Numbered from the stretch's first letter, positions 30,036-40,194 are shown. The stretch is DNA of 64,000 nt from Nitrosopumilus sp. (GCA_963667665.2 OY763927.2:544001-608000), one strand, 5' to 3'. The notes: generated by a model not told the origin, from the letters alone. Made by a program: numbers and translations.

Positions 30036-30115
30036 TTTGACTGAGTCTACTGACCCAAACCCATTATTTTCATCAGTATGATGAGCCGACTCAGCGGATG
30101 GGTGTGCGATTGATT
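30036..30115 (+). ncRNA. pseudoknot motif copy D
   Basis: CTGAGTC/GACTCAG crossed with ACCCAT/ATGGGT; inner hairpin TCATCA/TGATGA. Confidence 0.7.
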
Positions 30116-30171
30116 GGAAAATCAAAGATTTTCAAGTTCCTAGAATCATTATACAGAAATATCCCAAAGGG

Positions 30172-30834
30172 ATGTTTTTACAAATGAATTCGCATAGGAA
30201 CCGTTCTACTGAAAACGTTATTTCAGAAATAAGGAGGTTGAACCGAATGGTCCAACAACTACAATACAAAAACAAGGTTCTGGAAATTAGCCAGGATGAA
30301 GACCCAGAATCCCCAAGAGAATGGGATAACACTGGAACAATGGTCTGCAAACATACCCAATACACACTGGGAGATGTACAGACACTTCTCACCTCATATG
30401 ATGAATACCTGGAGTCAAAAGGACTTGCACCAGAAGACATCGCAGTGATGTTGCCTTTGTATCTTCTTGATCACAGTGGCATCAGTATGTCATGCGGAGA
30501 GCGTGTCTATCCATATGATGACCCATGGGATTCATCAGCAGTTGGATTCATCTATGTGACAAAAGAAAAGATCAGAAAGGAATGGAATGTCAAGAAAATA
30601 TCCAAAGTCATCATAGGACATGTTACAGAAATGCTAGAAGCAGAAGTGGCAACATATGACCAATACCTCAGAGGAGATGTATACACATTTGTTCTGTACA
30701 CAAAACATACATGCAGTCTCAATGAGATTCATCTGGAAGTAATAGATAGCTGTTCTGGTTTTTACGGAGATCATGAAGAATCAGGACTGACAGATAACAT
30801 TGAGAACTTTGCAAAGTTTGAGGCAACACAATAG
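30172..30834 (+). CDS. conserved phage/plasmid-type hypothetical protein
   Basis: SPREWDN.G, LPLY..DHSG, WDS..VGFIY, E...YD.YL.G.VY, DSC.GFYG motifs recalled from mobile-element proteins. Confidence 0.55.
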   Translation: MFLQMNSHRNRSTENVISEIRRLNRMVQQLQYKNKVLEISQDEDPESPREWDNTGTMVCKHTQYTLGDVQTLLTSYDEYLESKGLAPEDIAVMLPLYLLDHSGISMSCGERVYPYDDPWDSSAVGFIYVTKEKIRKEWNVKKISKVIIGHVTEMLEAEVATYDQYLRGDVYTFVLYTKHTCSLNEIHLEVIDSCSGFYGDHEESGLTDNIENFAKFEATQ

Positions 30835-30836
30835 GA

Positions 30837-31268
30837 ATGTCTACACAAAATACAATTCCTGCATTATACCAGACCGATGGCATTCCATTTGATGAGAAAC
30901 TAATTCATCAGATATGGATTATTCCATCAATCAACTTTGTTTGGTGTGTGGCAGAACTAGACATTAAGACAAAAGAGGCATTCGGATATGCAAATCTGAA
31001 TGATGATGACATGGCAGAATGGGGCTATATTGATATCGTAGATATTGAGAAAAATGGAGCCAAACTAATATCCTCGCAAGCCATGTCGTTTAAGGAAGTA
31101 CTAGATATAGTACGACCCAAAAACGGATGTCCAGAATGTGGTTCTGATCAGTACAAATTTCAGAGCATCAAAAGAGGAGATCCTACTCTAAGTGATGACA
31201 CCTTTGAGCTGTGGATTTGCAGAAACTGCAACTATCAGCCATTCACAAATATCAGAGGACTGGTCTAA
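30837..31268 (+). CDS. DUF2958-like protein with C-terminal Zn ribbon
   Basis: W.VAELD.....FGY......EWGYI.I; CPEC...CRNC. Confidence 0.6.
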   Translation: MSTQNTIPALYQTDGIPFDEKLIHQIWIIPSINFVWCVAELDIKTKEAFGYANLNDDDMAEWGYIDIVDIEKNGAKLISSQAMSFKEVLDIVRPKNGCPECGSDQYKFQSIKRGDPTLSDDTFELWICRNCNYQPFTNIRGLV

Positions 31269-31269
31269 A

Positions 31270-31506
31270 ATGACATCCATTTCAGTCCTAACCCTGGACA
31301 GTGACGAGATCAAAGGACATCTAGAATGCAATGAAAGGAGAGTACATCAAATCATGGGAATGGCAAAACAAGGAAAATTTGCAGATATCATCATGGATTC
31401 TTTTTGGGAAACCATTGATGTATGTAATGATATCCTTGACTGTGAGGATGAATCTGGAAAAACATTCTATGAGAAACTAGGCCGAGAGTTGGAGGATGCA
31501 AAATAA
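31270..31506 (+). CDS. hypothetical acidic protein
   Basis: ATG immediately after the upstream stop. Confidence 0.45.
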   Translation: MTSISVLTLDSDEIKGHLECNERRVHQIMGMAKQGKFADIIMDSFWETIDVCNDILDCEDESGKTFYEKLGRELEDAK

Positions 31507-31933
31507 TGTCCAAATGGAGCATTACCCTCTCACGAGAAGCTGGAATATACACAACAGAGGAGATACCATGTGTGTAGGAACAGATCTTCTAGTACATGTA
31601 TTTGAGACGTTTGCGGCATACCATACACCACAGAAAACATTCAGACGTCTTTACTGTGAATCAGGACAAGCTGCAAAAAAGGCATACAGATACGCAAACA
31701 ACGACACAGAACAAAACCTTGATGAGATAATTCCAAAATGTAGTGACTGCCAAAAACCCAGAATGAAGACAAGTACCATAGTTCTAGTCTTTGAGGAACT
31801 CACAAAAATCAAAGAACCAGAACTGCTCAAAGAGATGTATGTCAATATTGGTGGTCCGTCAAGAAATGCATACCTAGTATGCAACAAGAAAACACAACGT
31901 ATAATTCAGAAACTAGAATTGTACAAAAAGTGA
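31496..31933 (+). CDS. hypothetical protein
   Basis: GGAGG upstream; co-oriented. Confidence 0.45.
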   Translation: MQNNVQMEHYPLTRSWNIHNRGDTMCVGTDLLVHVFETFAAYHTPQKTFRRLYCESGQAAKKAYRYANNDTEQNLDEIIPKCSDCQKPRMKTSTIVLVFEELTKIKEPELLKEMYVNIGGPSRNAYLVCNKKTQRIIQKLELYKK

Positions 31934-31969
31934 AAGAACAATCACTCTAAAAAAACAACTATTAGGGAA

Positions 31970-32173
31970 TTCCCCTGATGATTCAGTGATATCTCAAATG
32001 ATCCTCATACGAGGTGTTAGATATCATTGATGCTCAATTACTATTCTTGAAGAATTGTGATTGGGTTGGCTTTATCGCTAGTCGGTATTGCCGAAACCAT
32101 GAAATGTCATATCATATGACTATACAGTACTGTACAGCATATCGTACTTTGCTATTCAATCATGGTCGGGGAA
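31970..32173 (+). ncRNA. hammerhead-ribozyme-like structured RNA with multi-hairpin insertions
   Basis: TTCCC-CTGATGA...GGC..GCC-GAAA-CCATGA...TCATGG-TC-GGGGA. Confidence 0.5.
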
Positions 32174-32599
32174 AAATCAAAATTTTAAAAAAATAATAAC
32201 GATGATTCTTCTGACCATTCTTCACATGTGATACGTTGTCAGTCGTTACTGACAATTCTGAAAACAAGGCGATTAAATTCTTAAAAAGAATGTTACCAAT
32301 TACAATACAACCACAATGCAGGTTTGGGCAATGACCTCTTCTATTCCATGACATTCACGCACCAGGAAGCATTGATAACGGTCTGGCTGTAGATGCCAGC
32401 TACAGTCTCACTTGGAGGTGAAAAATTACAAATACTGGCAATCAAATTATTCCATTAAATACAAATTTTCCTTGATGGTATGATGTATTCACCATATCAT
32501 TATTTTGAATCAAAAAAACAGACCTGCACCAAACATTTGACAGATGCTCAAAAACACTGTGAAGATTAATATTTTCAATGATGTCAAAAAAAACTGTTA

Positions 32600-33952
32600 A
32601 TGGAGAAAAAGAAATTTCTCATTGTTGGAAGCGGAGGACGTGAAAGTGCTTTTGCCATGCAACTCATGCAAGACACGCAAGTTTATGCTGTCATTTCTCA
32701 CAAAAATCCGCTCATCATAGATTGTGTGATACAGTCAGGTGGCAAATATTTGGTCGGTGATGCAGATGATCCGCAAACAGTTCTGAACTTTGCAAAAGAG
32801 AACAACATAGATTACGCTTTTGTCAACGCAGATCAGCCATTGGCTAATGGTGTTGTTGATGTTCTACTTGATAATAATTTCAAGGCAATTGGTGGAACAA
32901 AGGATGCAACACGCATAGAGTGGGATAAAATTTACTCCATTCAAATGATGCAAAAAACGTGTCCAGAGTTTACGCCATTTTACAAAGTTGTTTCAAAAAC
33001 AGAAGAACTATCCGATGCAATAGAATTATTTGAATCAAAAAGACTAGAGATAGTGGTAAAACCACAAGGACTAACAGGAGGCAAAGGTGTCAAAGTAATG
33101 CCTGAACATCTGTCAACATATCATGACTGCATTGACTATGCATCTCTTCTTCTTGAGAAAAACCCTGACCAAAAGGTTCTGTTGGTAGAAAAGCTGCAAG
33201 GCATAGAGTTTACAATCATGGGAATCACTGATGGTACAAACTTGGTTGTATCTCCTGCAAGTTATGACTATCCGTTCAGACATGAGGATGACAAGGGTGC
33301 AGGAACCGGAGGCATGGGATGCTTTACCAACTCAGAGAAAAAACTTCCATTCATGACAGACCGTGACTTGGATGATTGCAGATACATCATGCAAAAAATA
33401 ATTGATGAGATGAAATTGAATCATCTGTTTTTTAACGGTGTTATCAATGGTGGCTTCTTTAAAACTAAACATGGCATAAAATTCATGGAGTTTAACGGAC
33501 GCTTTGGAGATCCTGAAGGATTAAACATTTTAAGCATTCTTGAAGGGTCATTCTCAGAACTGCTGATTCATCTTTGGAACAAGACACTATCTGATGATGT
33601 GGTTTCGTTTGTAAAAAAAGCAAGTGTTGTAAAATATCTGGTTGCACATGAATATCCAGAGCGAAGCGACAAGGCAATCTCTTTTAGCATTAATGAAAAG
33701 GCAATTAATAATCTTGGCGTAAAAACATTCTTTGCATCCTGCATAAAAACAGGAGCACAGCAATATGAAACCCTGAAAAAATCACGGGTTGTCGCATTTA
33801 GTGCGCTTTCAGACAACATAGATGAAGCTTCGTCTTTGATAAATAAAATAATTGAAATGCATGTCAATGGTGATTTGGAGTACAGACATGATATTGGTTC
33901 TCAAAAGAGTCTGGAAAAATTAAAAAAAATCAATGCTGAATTAACTCATTGA
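32600..33952 (+). CDS. purD: phosphoribosylamine-glycine ligase
   Basis: VGSGGRE.A, GGKGV, D.G..TGGMG, EFN.RFGDPE, YR.DIG. Confidence 0.9.
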   Translation: MEKKKFLIVGSGGRESAFAMQLMQDTQVYAVISHKNPLIIDCVIQSGGKYLVGDADDPQTVLNFAKENNIDYAFVNADQPLANGVVDVLLDNNFKAIGGTKDATRIEWDKIYSIQMMQKTCPEFTPFYKVVSKTEELSDAIELFESKRLEIVVKPQGLTGGKGVKVMPEHLSTYHDCIDYASLLLEKNPDQKVLLVEKLQGIEFTIMGITDGTNLVVSPASYDYPFRHEDDKGAGTGGMGCFTNSEKKLPFMTDRDLDDCRYIMQKIIDEMKLNHLFFNGVINGGFFKTKHGIKFMEFNGRFGDPEGLNILSILEGSFSELLIHLWNKTLSDDVVSFVKKASVVKYLVAHEYPERSDKAISFSINEKAINNLGVKTFFASCIKTGAQQYETLKKSRVVAFSALSDNIDEASSLINKIIEMHVNGDLEYRHDIGSQKSLEKLKKINAELTH

Positions 33953-34028
33953 GAAACCATATTATTTTAGAGATTCAAAAATACAGATAATTTCAGTCCT
34001 TTAAATTCAATTTTAATCCATATGTATA

Positions 34029-34418
34029 ATGCCAAAACTCCAAGTATTCTCTAAAACAAAAAAAGAGAATTACGGGATACAAAGACATGATTCTTACAAT
34101 GTTATCATACCCTACAAAGTAGTTCAGGACATGAATATGCAAGACAACATGTTGCTTTATGCAACAACATCAGTAAAAACTGGAACCATACGATTGCACA
34201 CAAAACCACTCAAAGACTGTGTCACAGTCAAGATTCGTCAGAGACTAACCAAAACATACAGGAATCAGAGGTATTATTCCTCAAAAGTGACAATCCCAAT
34301 CGAATTTGCAAGACTATTACATCTAAAAAAGAATGACAATCTAACCATTAATTGCAACAAAGACACCATCATAATCAAGAAAATGCATCAAAAAAACCAT
34401 ATGCGAAATTCATCATAG
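34029..34418 (+). CDS. tandem AbrB/SpoVT-type DNA-binding protein
   Basis: V.IP.KVV..MNM and VTIP.EFA..L.L...D.L motifs. Confidence 0.6.
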   Translation: MPKLQVFSKTKKENYGIQRHDSYNVIIPYKVVQDMNMQDNMLLYATTSVKTGTIRLHTKPLKDCVTVKIRQRLTKTYRNQRYYSSKVTIPIEFARLLHLKKNDNLTINCNKDTIIIKKMHQKNHMRNSS

Positions 34419-34571
34419 TCCGAAAATTGTATAATTTTCTGCAACCGTCCAATTAACTTTAACCATACACTTTTTTTTTCTCTTCTTTTAATTTTCTGCT
34501 ACCGTAGTTTAGAACTGTATTAGTTTCATAATTGTTCCATAATTGTTCCAATTAAAATTAAAATTCAGAAT

Positions 34572-34823
34572 ACGCCCCCCCATGAATAAATTTAAACTCT
34601 GAGAGAAAAATCATCGAATCTAAAATTCAACTTTTAAGATAAAATTCAAATTTAATTTCATTCCAGGAATCATTCAAGCCAGGCCCCCCATGACATATTC
34701 AATTAAAAGTTAATTTTCATGAATTTTTTAAAACTAATCTAGATTTAATTTTTCTCTCAAATCTTTTTGTTTCATCAAGCCCCCTATGCTTAGTTTGAAG
34801 TTAATTTTTCTCTCAGAGTTTAA
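34572..34823. repeat. AT-rich region with three GCCCCC(C/T)ATG boxes and a 20-bp inverted repeat
   Basis: Boxes near 34574, 34683, 34779; TTAAACTCTGAGAGAAAAAT 34592-34611 inverted at 34804-34823. Confidence 0.6.
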
Positions 34824-35232
34824 TTTTTTCAGGAAAGATAAATTTTCTACGACCTGAAGTACAACAACACGTTCAAAATACTTTTCATCAAATTAAAACT
34901 CATAACGAATATGTTGATCTAGTGTTAAAAATGAAGGATGAAGTCAATATAGAAAATTATTTGTAATGGTAATTAAATATTGATTTTAGATTGACGTGTG
35001 GGGATTATAACCAAATATTATTTTTATTAAATAAAAAAATATTCTTTGTTTGGATTATTAGAAAGCACAAGATCGCTTAACACTATTTATCATAAATCTT
35101 TACTCTAAATTATTCAAAAACACACAAATTGAGATAAATGAAATTTGATAATCTACTATTTAAAAAATAATTGATCGCCAAAAATACAAATTCTGATCTA
35201 TACTTAATAATAATATATTTTTGTAAAATCTA

Positions 35233-36222
35233 ATGACTACAAAAACAATGTTAGGACTAGTAGTTCTGGCAATCGGATTATCAACAATTCCAGCATTTGC
35301 AGAATCAGATACTATCTTATCACCACATCAACAATTCAAAAACGGTACACCAATAAACCAAATTCAATGTACAGATTCTAAAATTCTTATGGAATCACCA
35401 CGAAATACACCAGCTTGCGTTAATGAATCTAGTGTTGAAAAACTAGAGAATAAAGGATTCATTCTAGTTGATGTTGTAAGTGTTGTTGAATTAAAATCAA
35501 ACTCTACAACTTCTCCAACTCAAAAAGAATCTCCCCAAAAATTGGAAGAAGATTTAATGTTTCAAATATCATCTAATGATGAATTCTCTGGAGAACTATA
35601 TGGACATTACAACCCCACACATTTAAGGAAACCTGCACCATATAATGCATCCCAAAATTTTTCATCTGATCATTATGATATGCAAAGTATTTCCGCTTTA
35701 TCTTCTGGTAAATCCATTTCATCTACTGTACTATCTGAATTTGTTACATCATCTTCTGATCATCCTAATGCAATTAATTTTATCCAATGGATGCCGACAC
35801 ACATTCCAGATGGATTTGAATTAAAATGGATTGAGATTTCCCAACCCGAAGTTTTTGGAGATGATATTGGTCGATTACAATTATGGTATTACCCAAATAT
35901 TATTGAAGTTTCAGGAGATATGTTGAATGTTGAACTTGCAGATATAGCTTCTATGGGTGTAGGTGTCACTATTTATCCATATAAGGAAGTTCCATTTAAA
36001 CAAGAAAGAATTGATCGGATAACAAAAGATGGAACAAGCACTCAAGTATTGGTTGAAGAAAAATATGGTGGAACACTTGTAACCATTGTAGAATCTCCAC
36101 CAGCTCCTGACAAAAGAGGATTTGAACTTAACACTAACACATATCAATTAGATGTTGGTGGTGGTGGTCTCCCCTTAGAGGAATATGAACGCATTTTACT
36201 ACATGTTTTAGAGCGTCAATGA
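35233..36222 (+). CDS. secreted protein with P.QQ...C...PACV domain
   Basis: Signal peptide ending PAFA; paralog of 23901-24914. Confidence 0.65.
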   Translation: MTTKTMLGLVVLAIGLSTIPAFAESDTILSPHQQFKNGTPINQIQCTDSKILMESPRNTPACVNESSVEKLENKGFILVDVVSVVELKSNSTTSPTQKESPQKLEEDLMFQISSNDEFSGELYGHYNPTHLRKPAPYNASQNFSSDHYDMQSISALSSGKSISSTVLSEFVTSSSDHPNAINFIQWMPTHIPDGFELKWIEISQPEVFGDDIGRLQLWYYPNIIEVSGDMLNVELADIASMGVGVTIYPYKEVPFKQERIDRITKDGTSTQVLVEEKYGGTLVTIVESPPAPDKRGFELNTNTYQLDVGGGGLPLEEYERILLHVLERQ

Positions 36223-37877
36223 AAATTCTATTTTTAATATTACTAATCTCTGGTGCAACAATTACATTTTATGATGTATCTGCTCTATGTATTGACCCTC
36301 ACTGCTATGCAATAACTATTACAAATGAACTAGACACAAACTATCAAGGGTTACAATATGTCATTGAGATTCCAGCATTTGCAGAATCAGATACTATATC
36401 ACCACATCAACAATTCAAAAACGGTACACCAATAAACCAAATTCAATGTACAGATTCTAAAATTCTTATGGAATCTACTAGAAACACACCAGCTTGCGTT
36501 AATGAATCTAGTGTTGAAAAACTAGAGAATAAAGGATTCATTCTAGTTGATGTTGTAACTATTACAGAATCAAAAACAACACATGCAGATTCTATAATAC
36601 CAACTAGTGATAATTCAATTAATTATGATGCAGAATTAATGTCTATTTTAGAAAAAGACTTAGTTTTTACCAACAAGGAAACAAATCCAAATGCATTTTC
36701 TGAGTTGGGATCTGGTAATGGAATACACTGGCCAATATACAAAGTAACATACCCATCTACAGCACAAGTTGGAGTTCCTTTTGATGTTATCTATGATTAT
36801 TCCTTTGTGATACCTGATGAGGAAACTGGAAGTTATGTGAATAATAATGAGCAATGTTCTGAAAATAGTTGTGGACGAATGCACCTCTCTGCTAAAGTAT
36901 CTAGTTATGTTAATGCAACATCAGATAATTTGGAGCATGTTCGTGATCATAATGGTGGCGAAACGGTTCCAATGACAAACAGTACTGTGTATTATTCTTA
37001 TCCCGAATTTGATAACACACAACCACTTGAAGAAACATTTACTTTTGTTATCAATGAACCTGACATAGACTATAGAATTGGTGAAATCAATGTAAATATG
37101 AGGTTTAACAATAATGATTTGGTTTACTTTTATGTAGGTGCAGATGGAAATATCATTTTTGATCCAATGATGAAAAAAGAAACCTTTGAAAATAGTTCAC
37201 TTGCAAAGTCTACTGCTCCATCTGTTATGAATACTGCATCTGTAATTCGAACAGAATTAAATAAACTACAGGAACGAACCTATGATGCTACTCAACCTTC
37301 TATTCCAGCTCCTGTTGGCTTACGAGATGGTCCTCCTCCTGAATTGTATGGATACTTTGCAGAAAGACTATTGCGTGAAAATCCAGATGTAAATTATGAA
37401 GAGTTTTTACAATTTCATAATTTCACTCAATCATGGATAGATGACTTTCTAAATGCAATGCCTCACCTAAAACCAGATGATAGTTTGACTTCTCAGGTAA
37501 TTGACTTTCTGACATCCTATATGCTTCTGCCACCAGCTTATGGTGCAGAAGCTACCACCACTATTTTTGGTCAATTAGTAAATACTGATGAGAATGGCTC
37601 TTCTGTTTTTGTTCATGGTGGAACTGTCTGTGCTTATGATTCAGATAGTTTTGGTCTTAATCCTATTATTGTAAATAATGAACATGCATGTTCAGAGACT
37701 GTCCAATCTGGTACTTTCGTTTTTGATGTTCCCACAATTGATCCTAATGGTTCTGGTAATACTGATTTAGTTTTAAAGGCATTTGCAAAAAATTCACATT
37801 TTGAATTTTTTTTAAACAATAATGAAGATGAAGTAACAGTTACCGATTCTACAATTTTTTTAGGTACGGGCAGTTGA
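36219..37877 (+). CDS. chimeric secreted protein, C-terminally truncated
   Basis: 36369-36558 is a near-identical copy of 35287-35479; collides with a convergent gene near 37870. Confidence 0.55.
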   Translation: MKILFLILLISGATITFYDVSALCIDPHCYAITITNELDTNYQGLQYVIEIPAFAESDTISPHQQFKNGTPINQIQCTDSKILMESTRNTPACVNESSVEKLENKGFILVDVVTITESKTTHADSIIPTSDNSINYDAELMSILEKDLVFTNKETNPNAFSELGSGNGIHWPIYKVTYPSTAQVGVPFDVIYDYSFVIPDEETGSYVNNNEQCSENSCGRMHLSAKVSSYVNATSDNLEHVRDHNGGETVPMTNSTVYYSYPEFDNTQPLEETFTFVINEPDIDYRIGEINVNMRFNNNDLVYFYVGADGNIIFDPMMKKETFENSSLAKSTAPSVMNTASVIRTELNKLQERTYDATQPSIPAPVGLRDGPPPELYGYFAERLLRENPDVNYEEFLQFHNFTQSWIDDFLNAMPHLKPDDSLTSQVIDFLTSYMLLPPAYGAEATTTIFGQLVNTDENGSSVFVHGGTVCAYDSDSFGLNPIIVNNEHACSETVQSGTFVFDVPTIDPNGSGNTDLVLKAFAKNSHFEFFLNNNEDEVTVTDSTIFLGTGS

Positions 37878-38674
37878 ATTGTAGTTTGTGAGTATGAATT
37901 TTCATCCTGATCTGGTTCTATAACGTTGATTGCTCCTTGAATCCAGGGGTGATATTTACAATAAATGTAATATGCCCCTATGTCTAATCTCTGAGAATTT
38001 ATGGTATTTTTTTCATTAGCTGTTAACACTCCTGTTGAAAATACACTTTCTCCATTAACATCTAATCCTTCAATGTAATGTGTGTCTGTATCCCTATTTT
38101 GAAATTCTATCAGCATTGATTTTTCAATTGTAATACTTGATGGATTAAAACACTGATCTTTTCGTTTACAGTCAAATGTTGCTGCACCTTCATTAATTTT
38201 GATTATTTTTTTTGTTGCATCTTGTTTGGCTGGGTCAAATACCCAAAATGCAGTACTTGTAAATAATGTCTCTGTCTTATTTTTAAACCACGCTTGAATA
38301 TTATATGTTCCTTCACTAATCCCATAATCATCGATTTCTAAAATGTATGGAATGTAGAAATTTCCTTTATCATTTGTTAGTGTTTTTAGATTGATTATTT
38401 TTCCATCGGGGTATGTTACATTCAAAAATATTACCATATTCTTTGATGGAATTTCACTTGGGATTTCACCGTAGATTTTTACGGCATCTAAATTAGTCAT
38501 TGGAAATCTACTAGGATCTGTATAGATTGAAAATTTTGTTTCTACCTCACTTATTCCAAAATACTCTTCAATATCTTCAATTTCTTCTAGTTGGCCATAT
38601 GCCGTATTAGCTGATATTACAAATAATCCTAAAATTGCGAATGCTATGGCTAATTGGTTGTTTGACACGAGCAA
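37870..38674 (-). CDS. secreted plastocyanin/cupredoxin-domain protein, 3' end truncated
   Basis: FNPS.ITI, N.D...H, Y...C.YHPWI.G.I.V cupredoxin motif; ORF reads through to 37634. Confidence 0.65.
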
Positions 38675-39078
38675 ATTTGAGTTAAAATCATTTAAGACTG
38701 AATTTCATACTAATTTTTTATTTCATTAAAATTATCTTTATTAATTTTTTTCAATATTATCATGCTGATTTTCTAATTTTTGTTGCAATTGGTTACTTAT
38801 TTTTCAAGTATTTGTGACCAATACTAAAAAACAATGATCCAAAAAACAAACCAACTGAACTTTATAATTTCTACGATAAACATCCAAAGTTATTTGTCTT
38901 GACAGTAATTTTGGCATTGCTTGGAATTAATGAAGTGTTTAATATTATTGGCGGTATCTTTGGGTTTATCTTTTTGCCTTGTTATCCTGACGATGACACT
39001 ATTAACATATCATATTGGTTAAAATCAGGATTGGGATTTGTTTGATTAATGTCGTATTCCATTCCCTAAATACTTAGT

Positions 39079-39294
39079 TCAAAGTAATTCAAGAAATTCT
39101 TTTTTTGTCAATCCACAATCAGAAACTATTTGCAATATCAATCCTTTACCTAGTTCTTTTTTTCTAGGAATAGAAGTCCATAATCCATTACCGTTTTCAA
39201 CAATAATGTGACTTCCAGTTTGTCGTGTAGGATAAAAATCTCGTTTCCGTATTGCTTTGAGTATTTCTCTATACCCAATAACAGGAAGGCTCAA
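39079..39294 (-). CDS. hicA: HicA-family toxin
   Basis: RQTGSH...IP....L..GL...I. Confidence 0.8.
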   Translation of the reverse strand: MSLPVIGYREILKAIRKRDFYPTRQTGSHIIVENGNGLWTSIPRKKELGKGLILQIVSDCGLTKKEFLELL

Positions 39295-39509
39295 AGAGAC
39301 ACAGTAACTAATTTTGATGCTAAATCTTTCTTTTTATCTTCAAGGTAAGATTTGCATAGTTTGATCGCTTTTTTGGTATCTGTAATTGCTTCTTGTTTTG
39401 TGTTTCCTTGACCTTTGGCTTGCTGTATTTCCAAACAATAACCAACATAGAATTCTCCATCTTTTTTGACTAGAATATTGTAATCTTCTTTTTTATTCAT
39501 ATTTTTCAT
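39291..39509 (-). CDS. hicB: HicB-family antitoxin
   Basis: YVGYC.E.....QG.T..EA.....AI.L. Confidence 0.8.
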   Translation of the reverse strand: MKNMNKKEDYNILVKKDGEFYVGYCLEIQQAKGQGNTKQEAITDTKKAIKLCKSYLEDKKKDLASKLVTVSL

Positions 39510-40194
39510 ATAAATTTCAAATTATATAAAATAGATCAAAATGTTGTATCAAATTTTTTTGAGTTTAACTATCGTCTCACAACAGTTAACTTTGTGTTTA
39601 TAATCGAATCATTTTCTACTAGGTTCACATGTGTAAACGTTAAAGATTAGACAACTTTTATTCATTCTAACCATAAATTCTCGATATTTAATATAAATTC
39701 TAACCTGAGATTATTTGGTTAAAATAGTTCCGTTTCCCATACTATACCATGCAAAGAAGCATGTTAATTTTTGAAAATTCCATGATAAAATCAAATTCGT
39801 GGATAACCCATTAGAACAGATGGCAAAAGAGATTGATGATATTGTCACTCATCCTGAAAATCCATCTGATGATGAACTACAAAGAATTTCTTCGTTGTTT
39901 TACTTTGTAAAATGTAGTGATTCTAATTTCAGAAATAATGTTAGATTTGACTCTGTCTTCAAGTTTTGTCAAAAAAAATATCCCAAATCAACAGAAAAGG
40001 GAAATTTCTTCAAGATTTGTAATTATAGATGAGATAACTAATTTGGATATTGGTATTGAGAAAGAAATAATATCGGCTGTAAAACGTGTTGTTGGACAAT
40101 AACTTAGAGTCTGTATAGACTGTTTCAAATGGTTTATTTAGAATATGAAATGATTTTAGAGATAATAAAACCATAACATATTGTAATAGTTATA

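Noticed and set aside
37634-37877. Genuine 244-bp convergent gene overlap
   Set aside because: Better explained as read-through of truncated genes across a junction.
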